Assembly (NCBI RefSeq): GCF_009914755.1
Contig: NC_060946.1
Direction: 5' to 3' (one strand)
From: the human T2T-CHM13v2.0 reference genome, Homo sapiens
DNA length: 64,000 nucleotides
Of this stretch, positions 14,728-29,326 are shown piece after piece. Made by a program: the position numbers and the translations under genes. Position 1 is the first letter of the stretch. Every line of letters starts with the position of its first letter. Below the pieces are notes generated by a model, which was given only the letters and a program-made list of their open reading frames with translations, made no database searches and was not told where the DNA came from.

Positions 14728-14859
14728 CTACGTATTATTTTTAAACCCATTTCTCTCATCACCTCCCATAAAAATGTAACAGTATATTTTTATGCGAGTA
14801 AATGCCATTTTTAACAGGTACATATTTCATATTATTGACATCCTATATTTTAGTTAATA

Positions 14860-15640
14860 GGCTTAATTTGTTAGAGCAGTTTTAGGTTTACAGAAAAGTT
14901 GGGCAAAAAGTACAGTGTTCCCGTATAACCCCCATAGCTTCCTTATTATTAGCACCTTGTGTTAGGATGCTTCATTGGTTAGGATTGGTGAAGCAATATG
15001 ATAACCTTATTAACTCAAGGCCATAGTTTACATGAGGGTTCACTCTTAGTGTTGTACCTTCTGTGGGCTTTGACAAATGCATGATGTCCTGCATTCACCA
15101 TTCCAGGATCACACAAAGTGGCTTCACTGCGCTAAAAATCCTGGGCTCCCTTCATCCCTCCCACCAGACCACTGGAAACGACAGGTCTTTGAACTATCCA
15201 TGGAGTTTTGCCTTTTCCAGACAGTTTGGGAGTTGGGATCATACAGTTTGTAGCCTCTTCAAGTTGTCTTCTTTTCCGTAGTAATATGCACTTAAGGTCC
15301 CTCCATGTCTTTCTGGGACCCAATAACTTGTTTCTTCTTATTGCTGAATAATATTCCTTTGTCTGGAAGTACCACAGTTTGTTTGTCCATTCAGCTGCTG
15401 AAGGACAGCTTGGTTGCTTCTAGTGTTTGGCAGTGATGAGTAAAGCTTCTATCAACATTCATGCGCAGGTTGTTGTGGACAGCTTCTGGGACATAAGTTG
15501 TCACATCTGCTGAGTCAGTGCCGGGGAGCGCAGTTGTTTGGTCACGTGTTAAGAGCACGCCTCCCCTTTGTAAGGAGCTGCCAGGCGAGCTTCCGGGGTG
15601 GCCGCGTCCTTTTGCATTTCCCCAGTGAGGAATGAGAGAG
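14860..15640 (-). mobile_element. Old L1 (L1MB/L1MC-type) 3' end
   Basis: agagcagttttaggtttacagaaaa... and tgctgaataatattcc...ggttgcttc motifs typical of antisense L1M 3' ends. Confidence 0.7.
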
Positions 15641-15807
15641 AGAAAGTTTATCATCTTAATGGCTGCGTGTTTTGTCTTATGACACACTATTATCTTTTTA
15701 AAGACCAAATCCCAAGCTTTGGACATTGAGTTTGTGTTTTTTTTTTTCTTTTATGATTATAAAACAATGTATTCACCTTCGAACTGAATGTTGGTACTCA
15801 TCTGTAA

Positions 15808-16636
<829 letters not shown>

Positions 16637-17029
16637 ATTTCTTAAAATCTTCAGCACCTTTGTTGCTTCCATTTTTATGTCATTATAAGCAACAACTACA
16701 CTCTGCATAAATTTTTGTCGAAAGTATAGATTATTTCTTTTCACTCGTATTTAGAGTACTTCATTACAGTGTAATTTTTAAGAAAAGTAACTTAAGTTTT
16801 TGATGGTTTTATTTCATCTGTTTATTATAAGCAAGTGTGATATGCCGAGTCTATGAGAGCTGAGCCTTTACCTACCTGAGAAGTAAGGCATGCTGGTGTT
16901 CCACTCACCACCTCCGTGCGGTTGGCCAGACTCTGTGGGCAAGAATGTAAATTGCTATAATTTTTTTGTGAAAGTGGTTTGATGTATCAAGAGCCTTAAA
17001 ATGTGTATGTTCAAGAATTGTTAATAATA

Positions 17030-17470
17030 CTATTAATGATAGCCCCAAGCTGGAAACTGGAAACCGAAATGCCCATCAACAGTAGGAAATGGTCAGATAA
17101 TTATGGTATCTTCTACTGTAATGAGGAAGAACAAGTTACAGCCACTGGCTGAATGATGGCATGAGTAAATCTCAGAAACATGTCGGGAGGAAAAGCTAGA
17201 CCCAGAGGAATGCCTCCTGGAAGATCCCATTTATAAAGCTTGGAAGCAGGTGAAGTGGCCTGTGCTGTGAGAGGGTGGGGCAGTGGCTGCATGTGGTATG
17301 GGCATCAGGTGGTGGTTAGAAGGGAAGGCAAGGTCTCATGTGGGGTGTGCTTGGTTTCTTGGTCCTGGTGCTCTCTGGGCAGATGTGTTTCAGATATAGA
17401 AATTCATTGAGCTGTACACTTAGGATGTGTATACTTTCCTATGGGTATGCACAATAAAAGCTTAAAAAAA
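17030..17470 (+). mobile_element. Old L1 (L1ME-type) 3' fragment
   Basis: aaatgcccatcaacagtagg...aaattcattgagctgtacactta...caataaaa. Confidence 0.6.
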
Positions 17471-18079
17471 TACATGTTTGTGCCAGGAAACTCATCATAG
17501 GTTAATGTCCATGATAAAGGAGTTAGAAACCAGTATGACAATAGAAGAGAAATAGATCATTAAATATTGGTCCACCTATGTTGTTTTTCAGGCATAAAAA
17601 CCCCATTTTCAAGGAAGATAAAGCGTTAGGAGAAAGTGTTTACAATATATTAAAACTGAAAAAAAGTAGGACTGGAAACTGTGTATATATATATATATAT
17701 ATACACACACAGAGAGAGAGAGAGCAAGCAAGCACCACATTTTATTGGCTTGCTTATTTGGTTTTACATTTACATTATAATCCACTGGAAGAAAGGACAT
17801 CAGGATGTTAGCTGTTTATTTCTGAATGGTAGAAATTAAAATATTTTCATTTTTTTCTCTTTATGTTGATCAGATGTTCTACAATGAGTATATTTAACTT
17901 TTATGTTCAGAATAAAATCAGTTATTTAAGAAGAGAGAGGAGGAGTGGTTTCTGGGAAACAAAAAACAAGGTTGTTCTCCTGCAATTTGTTCATTCTCTG
18001 TTCCCATCAGAGCTCTCGTGTTGAAAGGGATTAAGGAGATGTTGGTGTCTTTTTTTTCCTTCCTCTGGATTGTGAGGAA

Positions 18080-18660
18080 CTGAAGTCTTTAAATGAATCA
18101 GCAGTTCATTCCTTGAAGTTAGTCTTGAAGACATCAGTATTTTCCCATTTCATGGTCTGTCATTTTGTATTAGAGGAGAGTAAGACACTGTATAAATGGT
18201 ATTTTGCAACAAAGTATAAACCTTTGGGTTGTATGTTTTCTGTTGCTTTATAGTTTAAAATGGAATGGACAGGAACGTTTTTAGAAATATGCAAATACAT
18301 GCTCTCAGTGGATAGGCTTACACTTTGGCAAAAGTAACCTAAATCCAAGCGGTCATGAACCGTTGAGAATTGTCTCTTCTCTGGAGACACTGAGCTGGAA
18401 CCTGGTCTCGCTGTGCAGTGGGTGGCAGGCAGCCTCTGCCTTTTGATTAATCATGTGCAGCTGTCTCCACACACTGCAGAGACGCTTTCTGCATTTTGTC
18501 TCTATTGCGCTCTCGAAAATTTGGCAAAATAATGCATTTCATTTGCAGGTGGAAGTGAGTTGGTCATCTACATTTGTGGATAAAGTTATTGTCATGAGAC
18601 TCATTTCTTCAAAGCATTTCACAGATACGATGAATGACAGAGTGCATTCCTTCCTCAACG
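18080..18660 (-). mobile_element. Very ancient RTE-clade (L4/RTE-X-like) LINE reverse-transcriptase fossil
   Basis: Minus-strand frames give a colinear series of degenerate RTE RT motifs (see findings). Confidence 0.45.
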
Positions 18661-18899
18661 ACATTGGCTTTGTTTGCCTCCTCAGTTAAATCAAGGTGTG
18701 AAACAAACCAGGAGAAAAAGAAAGATTATTTAAAATGAGGCCATCAGTATCAGGAATGAGAAGAACAGCTGCTTGCAAACTCCAGCACTCTGTGGCGTTG
18801 TTTACAGGACAGAAATCTTGCTTCTGTAAGTTGTGGAAAGTTAACGTGATGTTAACCTTGTCGGACCTTGTTTTTGTTCTGCACCCCTCCTTTGCTTAG

Positions 18900-19046
18900 G
18901 AGACTACCTAGGTGGAGAAGCGTACTGGGCCGGCGGCCTGCACCTCTACACCCCATTACCTTTCCGGCCAGGCCAGGGTGGCTTTGGAGAACTTTTCCGA
19001 ACACACTTCTTTCTCAACGCAGGAAACCTCTGCAACCTCAACTATG
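18900..19046 (+). CDS. SAMM50: SAMM50 exon 13: [48 protein letters not shown](G)
   Basis: cttag| acceptor, |gtaaaa donor. 147 nt, phase 1 to phase 1. Confidence 0.96.
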
Positions 19047-19100
19047 GTAAAACTTGCGCTATTCAAGAAACCATTGTAGTACAGTTGTTTTCATGTTTAA

Positions 19101-19502
<402 letters not shown>

Positions 19503-20054
19503 TAACATAATGCCCAGCATTAAGTGGTTGGTTGAGCGAATGAAGCATACAAGAAAAATAATCATCTAATGCCCTTACGAAGAAAAATCTGTTTGTCTAT
19601 TTAATAAACAAGTCATGATGGCCACAGAGCTGAGTAGGATTGGGTGCCTTCCTCAGGGAGTTCAGGTCCAGAAGAGACTCCCAGCAGATGCCTGGGTGCT
19701 AGGGGTGCCTGGAAAGCTTCCTAGAAGGCATGGAAGTCTCCAAGCTGAGACTCAGAGTGGGGCTTCCCAGGTGGTCAGGGGATGGGGAAAAGTCATTCTA
19801 AGCAGAGGGAACAGAATATGCCAGGCCCAAAGAATTGAGAAGGCGTGGCTCATTCTGGATGTGAGTAAGTGTGGCTCCAAGTCCTCTCTTGACCTGGGTC
19901 CTAATCTCACTTCATGCATCCTCCCTAATCTCTAGGCCTGGCTTTAAAAACAACTGCAGGGCCCAGCCAGGGGGAGCCAGGGCTTGTCTGGGAGAGCTGG
20001 GAGAGCTTGGAAGGACGGGCACGCACTGTTGCTCACAGGTCTTTCTCTTTTCAG

Positions 20055-20196
20055 GGGAGGGCCCCAAAGCTCATATTCGTAAGCTGGCTGAGTGCATCCG
20101 CTGGTCGTACGGGGCCGGGATTGTCCTCAGGCTTGGCAACATCGCTCGGTTGGAACTTAATTACTGCGTCCCCATGGGAGTACAGACAGGCGACAG
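20055..20196 (+). CDS. SAMM50: SAMM50 exon 14: [46 protein letters not shown](R)
   Basis: tttcag| acceptor, |gtacgt donor. 142 nt, ends in phase 2. Confidence 0.96.
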
Positions 20197-20768
20197 GTAC
20201 GTGTTGGGAATTATTTTCCACAATCACATCCCACTCTCCAGTAATTTTATTTTGTTTTGGACGTGGTTAATTTCATTAGTGGCTTTTAAGCTTGAAGATT
20301 TTAAGAGAATTAAATAGTTGCAAAATAATGAAAACACATGTATTTTCCTCCTTTGCGTTTTTCTCCATCTAGCTGGGAGGAGCAGGTGTGAAGCGTTCCC
20401 ACCCCCTCCCTCAGGTGCTTTGTGCTTATTGTTCCCAGGGTAGTGGGAGCCCCTGCCAGGGTCTGGCTGGAGGAATTGACAGGTGATTTGGTTCCTGTGT
20501 GCTGAAAACAGAAGGCAGTGTTTTGAGCAGTTGACTTTGCAGGCCAGGGTCTCTAGGAAAGTTGGGGTGAGTGAAGCTTTGTTCCTGACCACAGAGGACA
20601 CGATCTTGAGAACCCCTCTCTCTACAGCAGAGGAACCCACCTTCTTGGCTTTTCTTCACCCCTTATTTTATTGAGGAAAGATTCCCTAAATGTTACATGG
20701 GTGAATATGGTATAGGGCTAGTTACACAGTTATATAAACAAATTCTATTTCTTACATGCATTGTGTAA

Positions 20769-21357
<589 letters not shown>

Positions 21358-21401
21358 TGCGTTGTGTAAATTTTAAGAGATTCAGACGTGTTTTCATTAT
21401 A

Positions 21402-21792
21402 GTGTATCTCGGTCAGCTCAGGCTGCCATCACAAAATACCATGGAGTATTTAAGAGTGACTTAAACAACAGATGTTCATACTCTGCCAGTTCTGGAGGTT
21501 GGAAAGTCCAAGATCAGGGTGCTGGCAGATTTGGTTGCTGTTGGGTTCTCTTCTTGGCTCGCAGATGGCAGCCTTGCCACTGTGTCCTCACTTGGAGGAG
21601 GAAGAGTGCAGGCCAGTGCCCCGATGCCTCTTCTTATGCGGCCCCTAATTCCATCACGAGGGCCCCATCTTCGTTACCTCGTCTGCACCTCAGCACCTCC
21701 CAAAGGCCTGCCTCCAGGTATCAACACCATCCTGTCAGGGTTAGGGCTTCAGCATGTGAATCTTGTGGGGACATGAATGTTCAGTCCACAAC
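21402..21792 (-). mobile_element. MaLR LTR (MLT1-type)
   Basis: ggctgccatcacaaaatacca...agttctggagg...aagtccaagatcagggtgctggcagatttgg. Confidence 0.7.
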
Positions 21793-24700
21793 AGTGTTCA
21801 TACTGTCTCTTATTTTTGTATATGCATTCACAGCACCCCAGCCTATGTTTTTTCTCTTCATTTTTGTGTCTACCTTTATGTTGCCACCAAATGGTGGTGC
21901 TGTTGGAGCCTTAACCCGGTTTCAAATAGGTTGTAGTTTGTGCCAGTTGAAGGAAATGCTGTATCATTTTTACTCTCTCCGTCTTCCGCATCAGCATGTA
22001 GGGGATGGTGCTTTGTAAAGGGGAGCCGCATTCGCAAGTGTTTCTGAGCATCGCCTCTCAGGTGCAGTCTGCGTCTGTCATTCAGGTCCTTTACGGTTAT
22101 TGCTTCAGCGGAATCTGCTCTTTACACTCTTGCCAGAAGGCCCTTCAGCATCTGCTCCGCGTCTGGGGACACGGCAGGGGCTGCCAGGCTGCTGCGGCTC
22201 CCTACTGATGACAGGGCCTTCAGAGATGGCGGCGGCTGCTCCCACAACCGCCAGCTCCCATTCCCCTCCACGCCTCTCCTGTTCTCCACACAAAGCCCAA
22301 GCTGGAAAGGGTGTAGTCACGCAGGCTGCGTGCATGTGTGCCTGGGGGCCCAGCTACCCGGGCTTGGGGCCCAGCTTGGCCACTCTGTGTGACTGTGTGG
22401 CCCGGGGTGAGTCACAAAACCTCTCTGGGTGTCCATTTTCATGCCCAGAGGATGGACGATCATGATGGTGACTGTTGCAGTTTGGAGAACTCAGTGAGTT
22501 ACTGCATGCAGAGCCCTTGGCGCACCGCCTGGCCTGGGGTTGGGAAGTGGTTATTTTTCCTGGGCTGCTCTGCTGCTGATACACCCGGCGTGGCCAGCCC
22601 CTCACACAAGGGAACAGGTTCCTGTGGGAGGTGTTGCCCCTCCCCCTCCACATCATCTCAGCTAACAGTTTGTGACAAGCCATAGATGGGATGATGCATC
22701 CTGATTTTGGAGATAATAAAGTGAAAAAGTGGGCACCTTTTTCCAGAGCGAGACTGCATCAGATAACTCCACGCCGTTACTGTCTTCAGCAGACCAGGCT
22801 GGTTTTGCAAGTTTCTTTCTATGAAGCCCTTATTCCCTCTGCAGTTGGGAGTGTTGGGCTCCCTGGCCTAACAGCCAGGTTCTCATTTGAATCCTTGCAG
22901 GTAGCCCCAGAGGCGCTGTGACGCTGCTGCACCAACACCTAGCTTAAGTGGGTGGTTTTGAGTGGTTGACTGCAGGCCCGGGGCTGGAGGGGCGTTGGAG
23001 CGAGGGAAGCTTTAGATACCGCTCTCTGACACAGTCCCTGCTGCTCTGGGACCCGCCACTGTGCACATCTCGGGCAGGGAGGGTCTGGGCAGCCCACGCT
23101 GCCATCACCACCATTGCAGTGCTCTTTGTAGCCACTGGGTGTCAGTGTGCCCTGAGAAGTCAACGCGGCTTTTAGGAGCTCTGTTGAATTGACCCTTTCT
23201 GAAATAATTTTCATATGAAGTGGTTACATTTACCTTTCAGCTTTACTTCCGTCTCTTCAGGTTAAATCTAAAAAACACGTTTCAGAGATTAATTTCAAAA
23301 TATGATTTATTCCGGGAGGAAGCAGCATCCTAAGCACGTGACATTTAAAGACCAGGCTATAAGGAAGTGCCTCTGCCCCCAGGCCAGGTGGCAGCTGTTC
23401 AGATGTTTATTATGGACAGTGAGCTCCGAACGGGGTCAGCCTGGCACCCCGAGTGTGGAAGACATTTTCGCTCAGTGTGAGGCCTTGTTTGAGGTTGGTC
23501 ATCAATATTGGAATTTCGTGAAGTTGGAGTGAGGTTGCCAGATTTAATCTTCATTTCTAAAATTTGGTAGCTGGCAGGATGGGGTATCGTGTGTGTAGAA
23601 ATTATCCACAGGTTTCCCCCATAACTGAGGCAGGCACACTGTAAATAGGACTTCAGACATTCACAAAGAAGGAAACAGTTTTGAGATGTTTGCTTACTGT
23701 TATGTCGCAAGTGATTTGTGGCACCACTGTCTCTGGGATCTAACAGCATTCTGTCAGTTTGTGTCTTAGGAGTCCGGTCTCTGGAGACACAGGGCTGAAT
23801 CAGGCAGGCTCGCTTGGGAGAGCAGCTCACAGTTAGCAGCAGGAAGACAAGAAAGTGGATCATCTTGGTTGTTGGGGAGGGTGCTGAGAGGGCCCCCTGG
23901 AGCAGGTCCCTGAGCTGAATCTTCCTAGAGGACAGACAGCCAGGTGCTTGCAGAAGACACACAGGGACAGTGGTCCTGGCTAACAAAGGCAGGAGCAAAG
24001 CTGTGCAGGTGTGCGCTGTCGGCGGGCACCGGGCAGAACCGCGTCCTACAGGAACAGAAGGGGGAGTGGGGAGGTCCAGGCCCTGAGCTCCCACGCCTTT
24101 GCCTTCCAGCCCCGCTGACCTTTTTCCCCTTGGGTATATGCCAGGGTCCTTGAGCTCAGGACTTCATCTGCCTTGTTCACCGCTGAGGTCCCCATGACTA
24201 CAACTGCACCTGGTGTTGGAAGTGAGAGCCAGGTGGAGAGGCTCCTGGCGTGTGGTGGGAGGTGGGGTGCAAGGCGCCGAGGGTGCTGTTGGCATGACCT
24301 TCCTAAAGCACCCCATGCTGGGTGCTTCCTGGCCTCCAGCCTCAGAGTCCAAGTTCGTCAGAAGCCTTTGAACATCAGACTCCAAGACCCTGTGCCGGCA
24401 GTGGCAGTGCTGGGTGAGAAGAAGGTGGGAGATGACCAGGAGCCCTGCACCAAGACAGCGGCCGTGAGGGAGGGAGAGAGTGTGGGGTGCACAGCAGAAG
24501 GTGGATGTTTGGGGCTGTCTGGAGGATGCCAAGGCTGGCTTGCCCCTGGTCTGGTGGAACTTCGCAGCGCTGCTTTGAATGTTTGCAGTGGGTATTTTGT
24601 TCTGTGACATGTTTATGTGGTCTCTGAGCATAAACCTATGCTTGTGAAGTTGTTTAATCTGTTTGTTTGTACTTAGAGTGACAGGCCTTTATTAGAATGC

Positions 24701-26130
24701 TTGCTTGTTTTCTGAATTACATATGCCAAGAGCTTGACTTCCTTTTTAGCTCCTAGCTTATGTTCAGGCATTTTTCTAAGTAGCGAATGTAGGTATAGAC
24801 TAGTTTGAAGGAGCTGAGAGTGTACAATCTAAAAACAGATCTGAACACAACTAAATGGTACAAATGCAGCCCGGGTTTTGATGTGGATTCTGGTGTTTTA
24901 AGGCCATGGATGTGGCTTACTGTAATCTTGAAGGGGCCGCAGTCCTGGCTTCTGGTGAGAGGACTGCAGTGCCGGGGCTGGTTAATAAGCACCCTTCATC
25001 CTGCAGGAGGCCGGCGCAGCATTTGTGAGTATCTGTGTTGAATCTCTTCGTGGATCAGATATTGTGTCTTCTTGCTCAGAGTCAGGTTGGAAAAGGAAAA
25101 CTTGCCGCCGGTGTGCATGTGCTCCAAATCCTCAGCTTGGGCAAGGGCACGGGCGTCGTGAATAAAGGAGCCATTCTTGCTGGCCTTTTCTAGAAATTGC
25201 CCACAGCTTGCAAAAAGGCTGTGTTCCCTGGCCCCGGCTGCGGCTGTGTAGGAGTCTGAATATCATTTTCCCCAGAAGTTGAGGTCCCTAGGTTAGGCCC
25301 ACCTTGTCCCAAATGGGCAGCATTGGCCTTGCCCCATGCACAGGCTCCAGGCGGACAGAGCTGCTGCAGGCATGCTGTCAGGGGGACAGGCTGCCCCCCA
25401 GCTGTGCATGGCAGTGTGTCGGAAAGAACAAGGCCTGTGGGTGCCCCTGAGCCGGGTCTGGAGTCCTGTCCTGCCACTTCTCAGCCGTGTGACTGGAGCC
25501 CCTTTGCTCCTCTCTGAAAATGGGTCTGGTGGTTTGTTCCCAGGTTCTTAACCACTGTGTGGAGTCACACCTGCAGAAGGTCAGCTCATAACAGATATGG
25601 CAACCAATGTGACCTTTGCATCCTTCCTTCCTGGGGTCAGGAGCAGGTCTAAGAGGTGGTCAGGCTAAACCCCTGTAGGGCTGTGGGTACTGCTGGTTTC
25701 CTAAGCCCCGGGACCTTCTGGGGGCCGGGCGGACCTTAAGTTCTGTCCACCTGCCTCTCCTCCATCCTCACTACCCACCTTGTCCTTCCGGCTCCTTCCC
25801 TCCCTGCTCCGCCTCTCATCGGCCCTCTGTCCTCTCCGTCCGGAGAGGGGAACGTGAAGGAGGTGAGGAGGGAGTAGTGCAGGAGGATTTGGGTCTCTCC
25901 TTCTTTCCCTTTTCCATTCTCCGAGGGCTTAACCAGCTGGTGAAGGTTCTTAACCAGCAAAGGAGGAAGCAGCCGGGGCCGGTGAGGGTGAGGCCGGCAG
26001 CCAGGCAGGAAGGCAGCAGGAGGAGGAGGAAGCGGAGGCGGCACCTTCTGAGAGGCGCATGCTCAGTGAGTCGTGAAGATGGCAGGGCTGGCGGAGCGGC
26101 CGCCGCATCTGATCTCTCCCCTTTTTTTAG

Positions 26131-26176
26131 GATATGTGATGGCGTCCAGTTTGGAGCTGGGATAAGGTTCCTGTAG
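26131..26176 (+). CDS. SAMM50: SAMM50 last exon, coding part: ICDGVQFGAGIRFL* (C-terminal beta-strand/beta-signal)
   Basis: ttttttag| acceptor, TAG at 26174-26176. Summed exon lengths put the stop at c.1410, consistent with a 469-aa protein. Confidence 0.96.
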
Positions 26177-26300
26177 CCGACACCCCTACAGGAGAAGCTC
26201 TGGGACTGGGGCAGCAGCAAGGCGCCCATGCCACACACCGTCTCTCGAGGAAACGCGGTTCAGCGATTCTTTGACTGCGGACCCTGTGGGAAACCCCGTC

Positions 26301-26350
26301 AATAAATGTTAAAGACACACTCCGAGGCAGCGTGGATGTGGTTTGCTTTC
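26301..26350 (+). terminator. SAMM50: SAMM50 polyadenylation signal (AATAAA 26301-26306) with downstream GU-rich element
   Basis: AATAAA about 125 nt after the stop codon, followed by gtggatgtggtttgcttt at ~26332-26349. Confidence 0.8.
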
Positions 26351-26711
26351 ACTCAACAGTATGGCCCGCGTGGCCTTTCCCCGGGACCACCCGTGTTCTC
26401 ACACACCCGCCCAGTGTCTGCGAGTCTCCGTGTTTGGTTCCCGTGTACCAGACATGATGTATTCAGAGCCAGGCAGCAGGAGGGAGCTTTGCCCCAGAGG
26501 AAGCTCAGCCATGCTGTTACGGAGAGGGCGCGCTCCCCTCGATGCACCAGCCGTTGTCAGAGGAGGCCCATGGCAGCGGGCGCTTGGAGCCACAGTGCTC
26601 GAGCCATTTGAGTGTGTGAGTGGCAAGGGAGAAATACCCAAACCGTGTAACATTAGGGACACTGAAGCAAAGACGGAGCCTGGTGTCTACAGACGAATGG
26701 CAGCATGAATG

Positions 26712-27176
26712 AGTGTGCGTTTTCTGGGGCTGCTCTAAGTCACCACAAACGTGGGGGCTTAAAACAACACACATTAATCCTCTTGTAGTCTGGAGATCAG
26801 AGTCCAGAATGGGTCTTGCTGGGCTGCGTCCTCCTGGAGGCGCTAAGGGGAAATCCCCCTCCTTTGCCAGCAGTGAGAGGCACCACATTCCTTGGCCGAC
26901 GTCACCTGCATCTTTAAAGCCAGCCATGTGGTGTCCCCCATCTCTCCCTCTTGCCTCCTCTGCGTCTCTGCTGTCTTTGAAGGACCCTTGTGGTGACCTC
27001 GGATCTGCCCGGGGAATCCAGGGGTCTTATTTCTAGGTCAGCAGATGAGCGTCCTTAATTCCGTCTGCAGACTTAGCGCCCCCTTGTCATGTTATCGTCA
27101 CGTTTACACGATCCAGGGATTAGGAGGTGTGCGTCTTCGGCTGGGTGGGAGTGTGGGACATTATTCTGTCTCACAC
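26712..27176 (-). mobile_element. MaLR LTR (MLT1C/D-type)
   Basis: caccacaaac...ggcttaaaacaacac...tctggag...cattattctgtctcacaca. Confidence 0.7.
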
Positions 27177-27535
27177 AACTAGTATCTCTCTAATATTTGG
27201 GGGATAATCTTAAATTGGTCACACATAAAAAAAGTTTTTGAAGAACGTGAAACCTCCTTTGAATTGAAAAAGTGGTGCCATATGGAAACGTCTAGTGTTG
27301 CAGGTGATGCCCCGCAGGGCTTCGCACATGCATTACTCTCCGATTTTTTCTCTCTCTCAGCTGGGGCTGAGTCCCCGTCACTTTCAGTCCTCCCCGTAAC
27401 TTGTTGTTTATGTCTTTGCCAAATGACCTGAAGATTTGGGCCTCAGTCTGGGGACCCATGTTATCCCTGGGCCACACTCTCAGGTGCCCCGGGACTGTCT
27501 CGCCCTCATTACCTGCAGAAGCTGCAGGGATTTTA

Positions 27536-27923
<388 letters not shown>

Positions 27924-29133
27924 TTACAGTTTCACGCTTATGCCTTTGAGAAAACCAGAAACCCATGTTTCAACACTGTCATGATCAGACCATCAACTTA
28001 GACCAGTGAAATCTGAATAATACAGACTCAGCACTATGATCTTTGAGAAATCATCTACTACATCAGTGGAGAACCCAGCGAAAGGGTCACCTGAGAAAAG
28101 TTACCTGTTTAATCAAGCAAGTCTGGGGTACCCCAGGTCGCTACAGCCAGCTCCTTAATGAAAGCTCACCAGGGCCAGCTGTCTCTCGTGCGGCTGCAGC
28201 GTGTTTAATTTGCAGGTGGACTCCGCGGGCTGCTCCTCCACAGGTGAAGTGAAAACAGTGGAGGTCCTGGGTGAAAATGCGGGTTCTGTTCATCCTCAGA
28301 AGGTGGTAAGTGGGCAGACTAGAGCGTGAAGCCAGAGGCACTTCATCAAGTGCTTTCCACAAAAGACCAAAAATAAGGCACGTTCATTGTGGGAAGGAAT
28401 TTCATAGCTGCTATTTTAGAGAGCTCAGAGAGCAAAGAAAGATGGAAAGCCTCACAAAATCCCCCATGAAATCCTCCCTTGGCTCAGTGATTCTTTGCAT
28501 CTTAATGTTACTCCGTTTCTTCTCTAAATACCTCAATTTTCTGGACTGGAAGAGAGCTGGGTATTTGTTTAATTAACCTCTTGCTTTACTCGGCGAGGGA
28601 TGGGCCATGAAACCAGTGGGCTGCTTCCGCTGAAGAATGCTGCCGGCTCCGTGCCGGAAGCCTGCTGGCTCGGTCATCTTCCATTTGTAACAAGAAGATT
28701 GATTTTAGTGAACCTAATCTTCACAATGCTTCTGGAAGAACAGCTGTGATGGATCACTCCTCTGTTATCGTGAATCTGCGGTGCTCTCGGTACACACACT
28801 GTGACCTTTAACAAACGGTTTCATCAGTGGTGTGCCTGCCACACTGTGCCACAAGGCTCTTTTGTACCTGGCTGCTGTCTACAAGTCTTATGACCCAGTG
28901 AGGGAGCAGACTGTTCTGCCAAATGCCATCGCTACTAGGACAAAGGACAGTCACCTGGTGAGGATCTGCCATCAGGCCACATTTTCCCATTGGGTGACTC
29001 CTGCAAAGGCCCTACACTTTGACGTCCTCCCCATCTCCGGCAGCTCCTTAAACTAAGAACTCATTTTAATTTCTGAATTCTCCCTTTTTAAAGACCAGAT
29101 AAATTTACCTTTGGGACAGTTAGATGTGCACAA

Positions 29134-29204
29134 ATGCACCATGTGTTTAAAGATCACCAAAGAGGAGAGAAAAGGGGATTCCTTAGTCCAGAGAACAAAA
29201 ACTG
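29134..29204 (+). CDS. PARVB: PARVB long-isoform upstream coding exon 1: MHHVFKDHQRGEKRGFLSPENKN(C)
   Basis: ATG at 29134, TG|gtgagc donor. Matches the recalled N-terminus of the long beta-parvin isoform. Confidence 0.8.
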
Positions 29205-29326
29205 GTGAGCTGTGATTTAAACAAAACGAATGTTGTTAAAATCAGGTTGTACTCAGAAGTCCAAATTTCTAGCTTCTCTTGAGAAACTGGATCCGACAAA
29301 CCAAAAATGTTCATTCCTACCTGCAG

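Noticed and set aside
23399-24631. ORFs of 144-231 aa in SAMM50 intron 14
   Set aside because: No recognisable domain and non-ATG or weak starts. This is the expected background in GC-rich intronic DNA.
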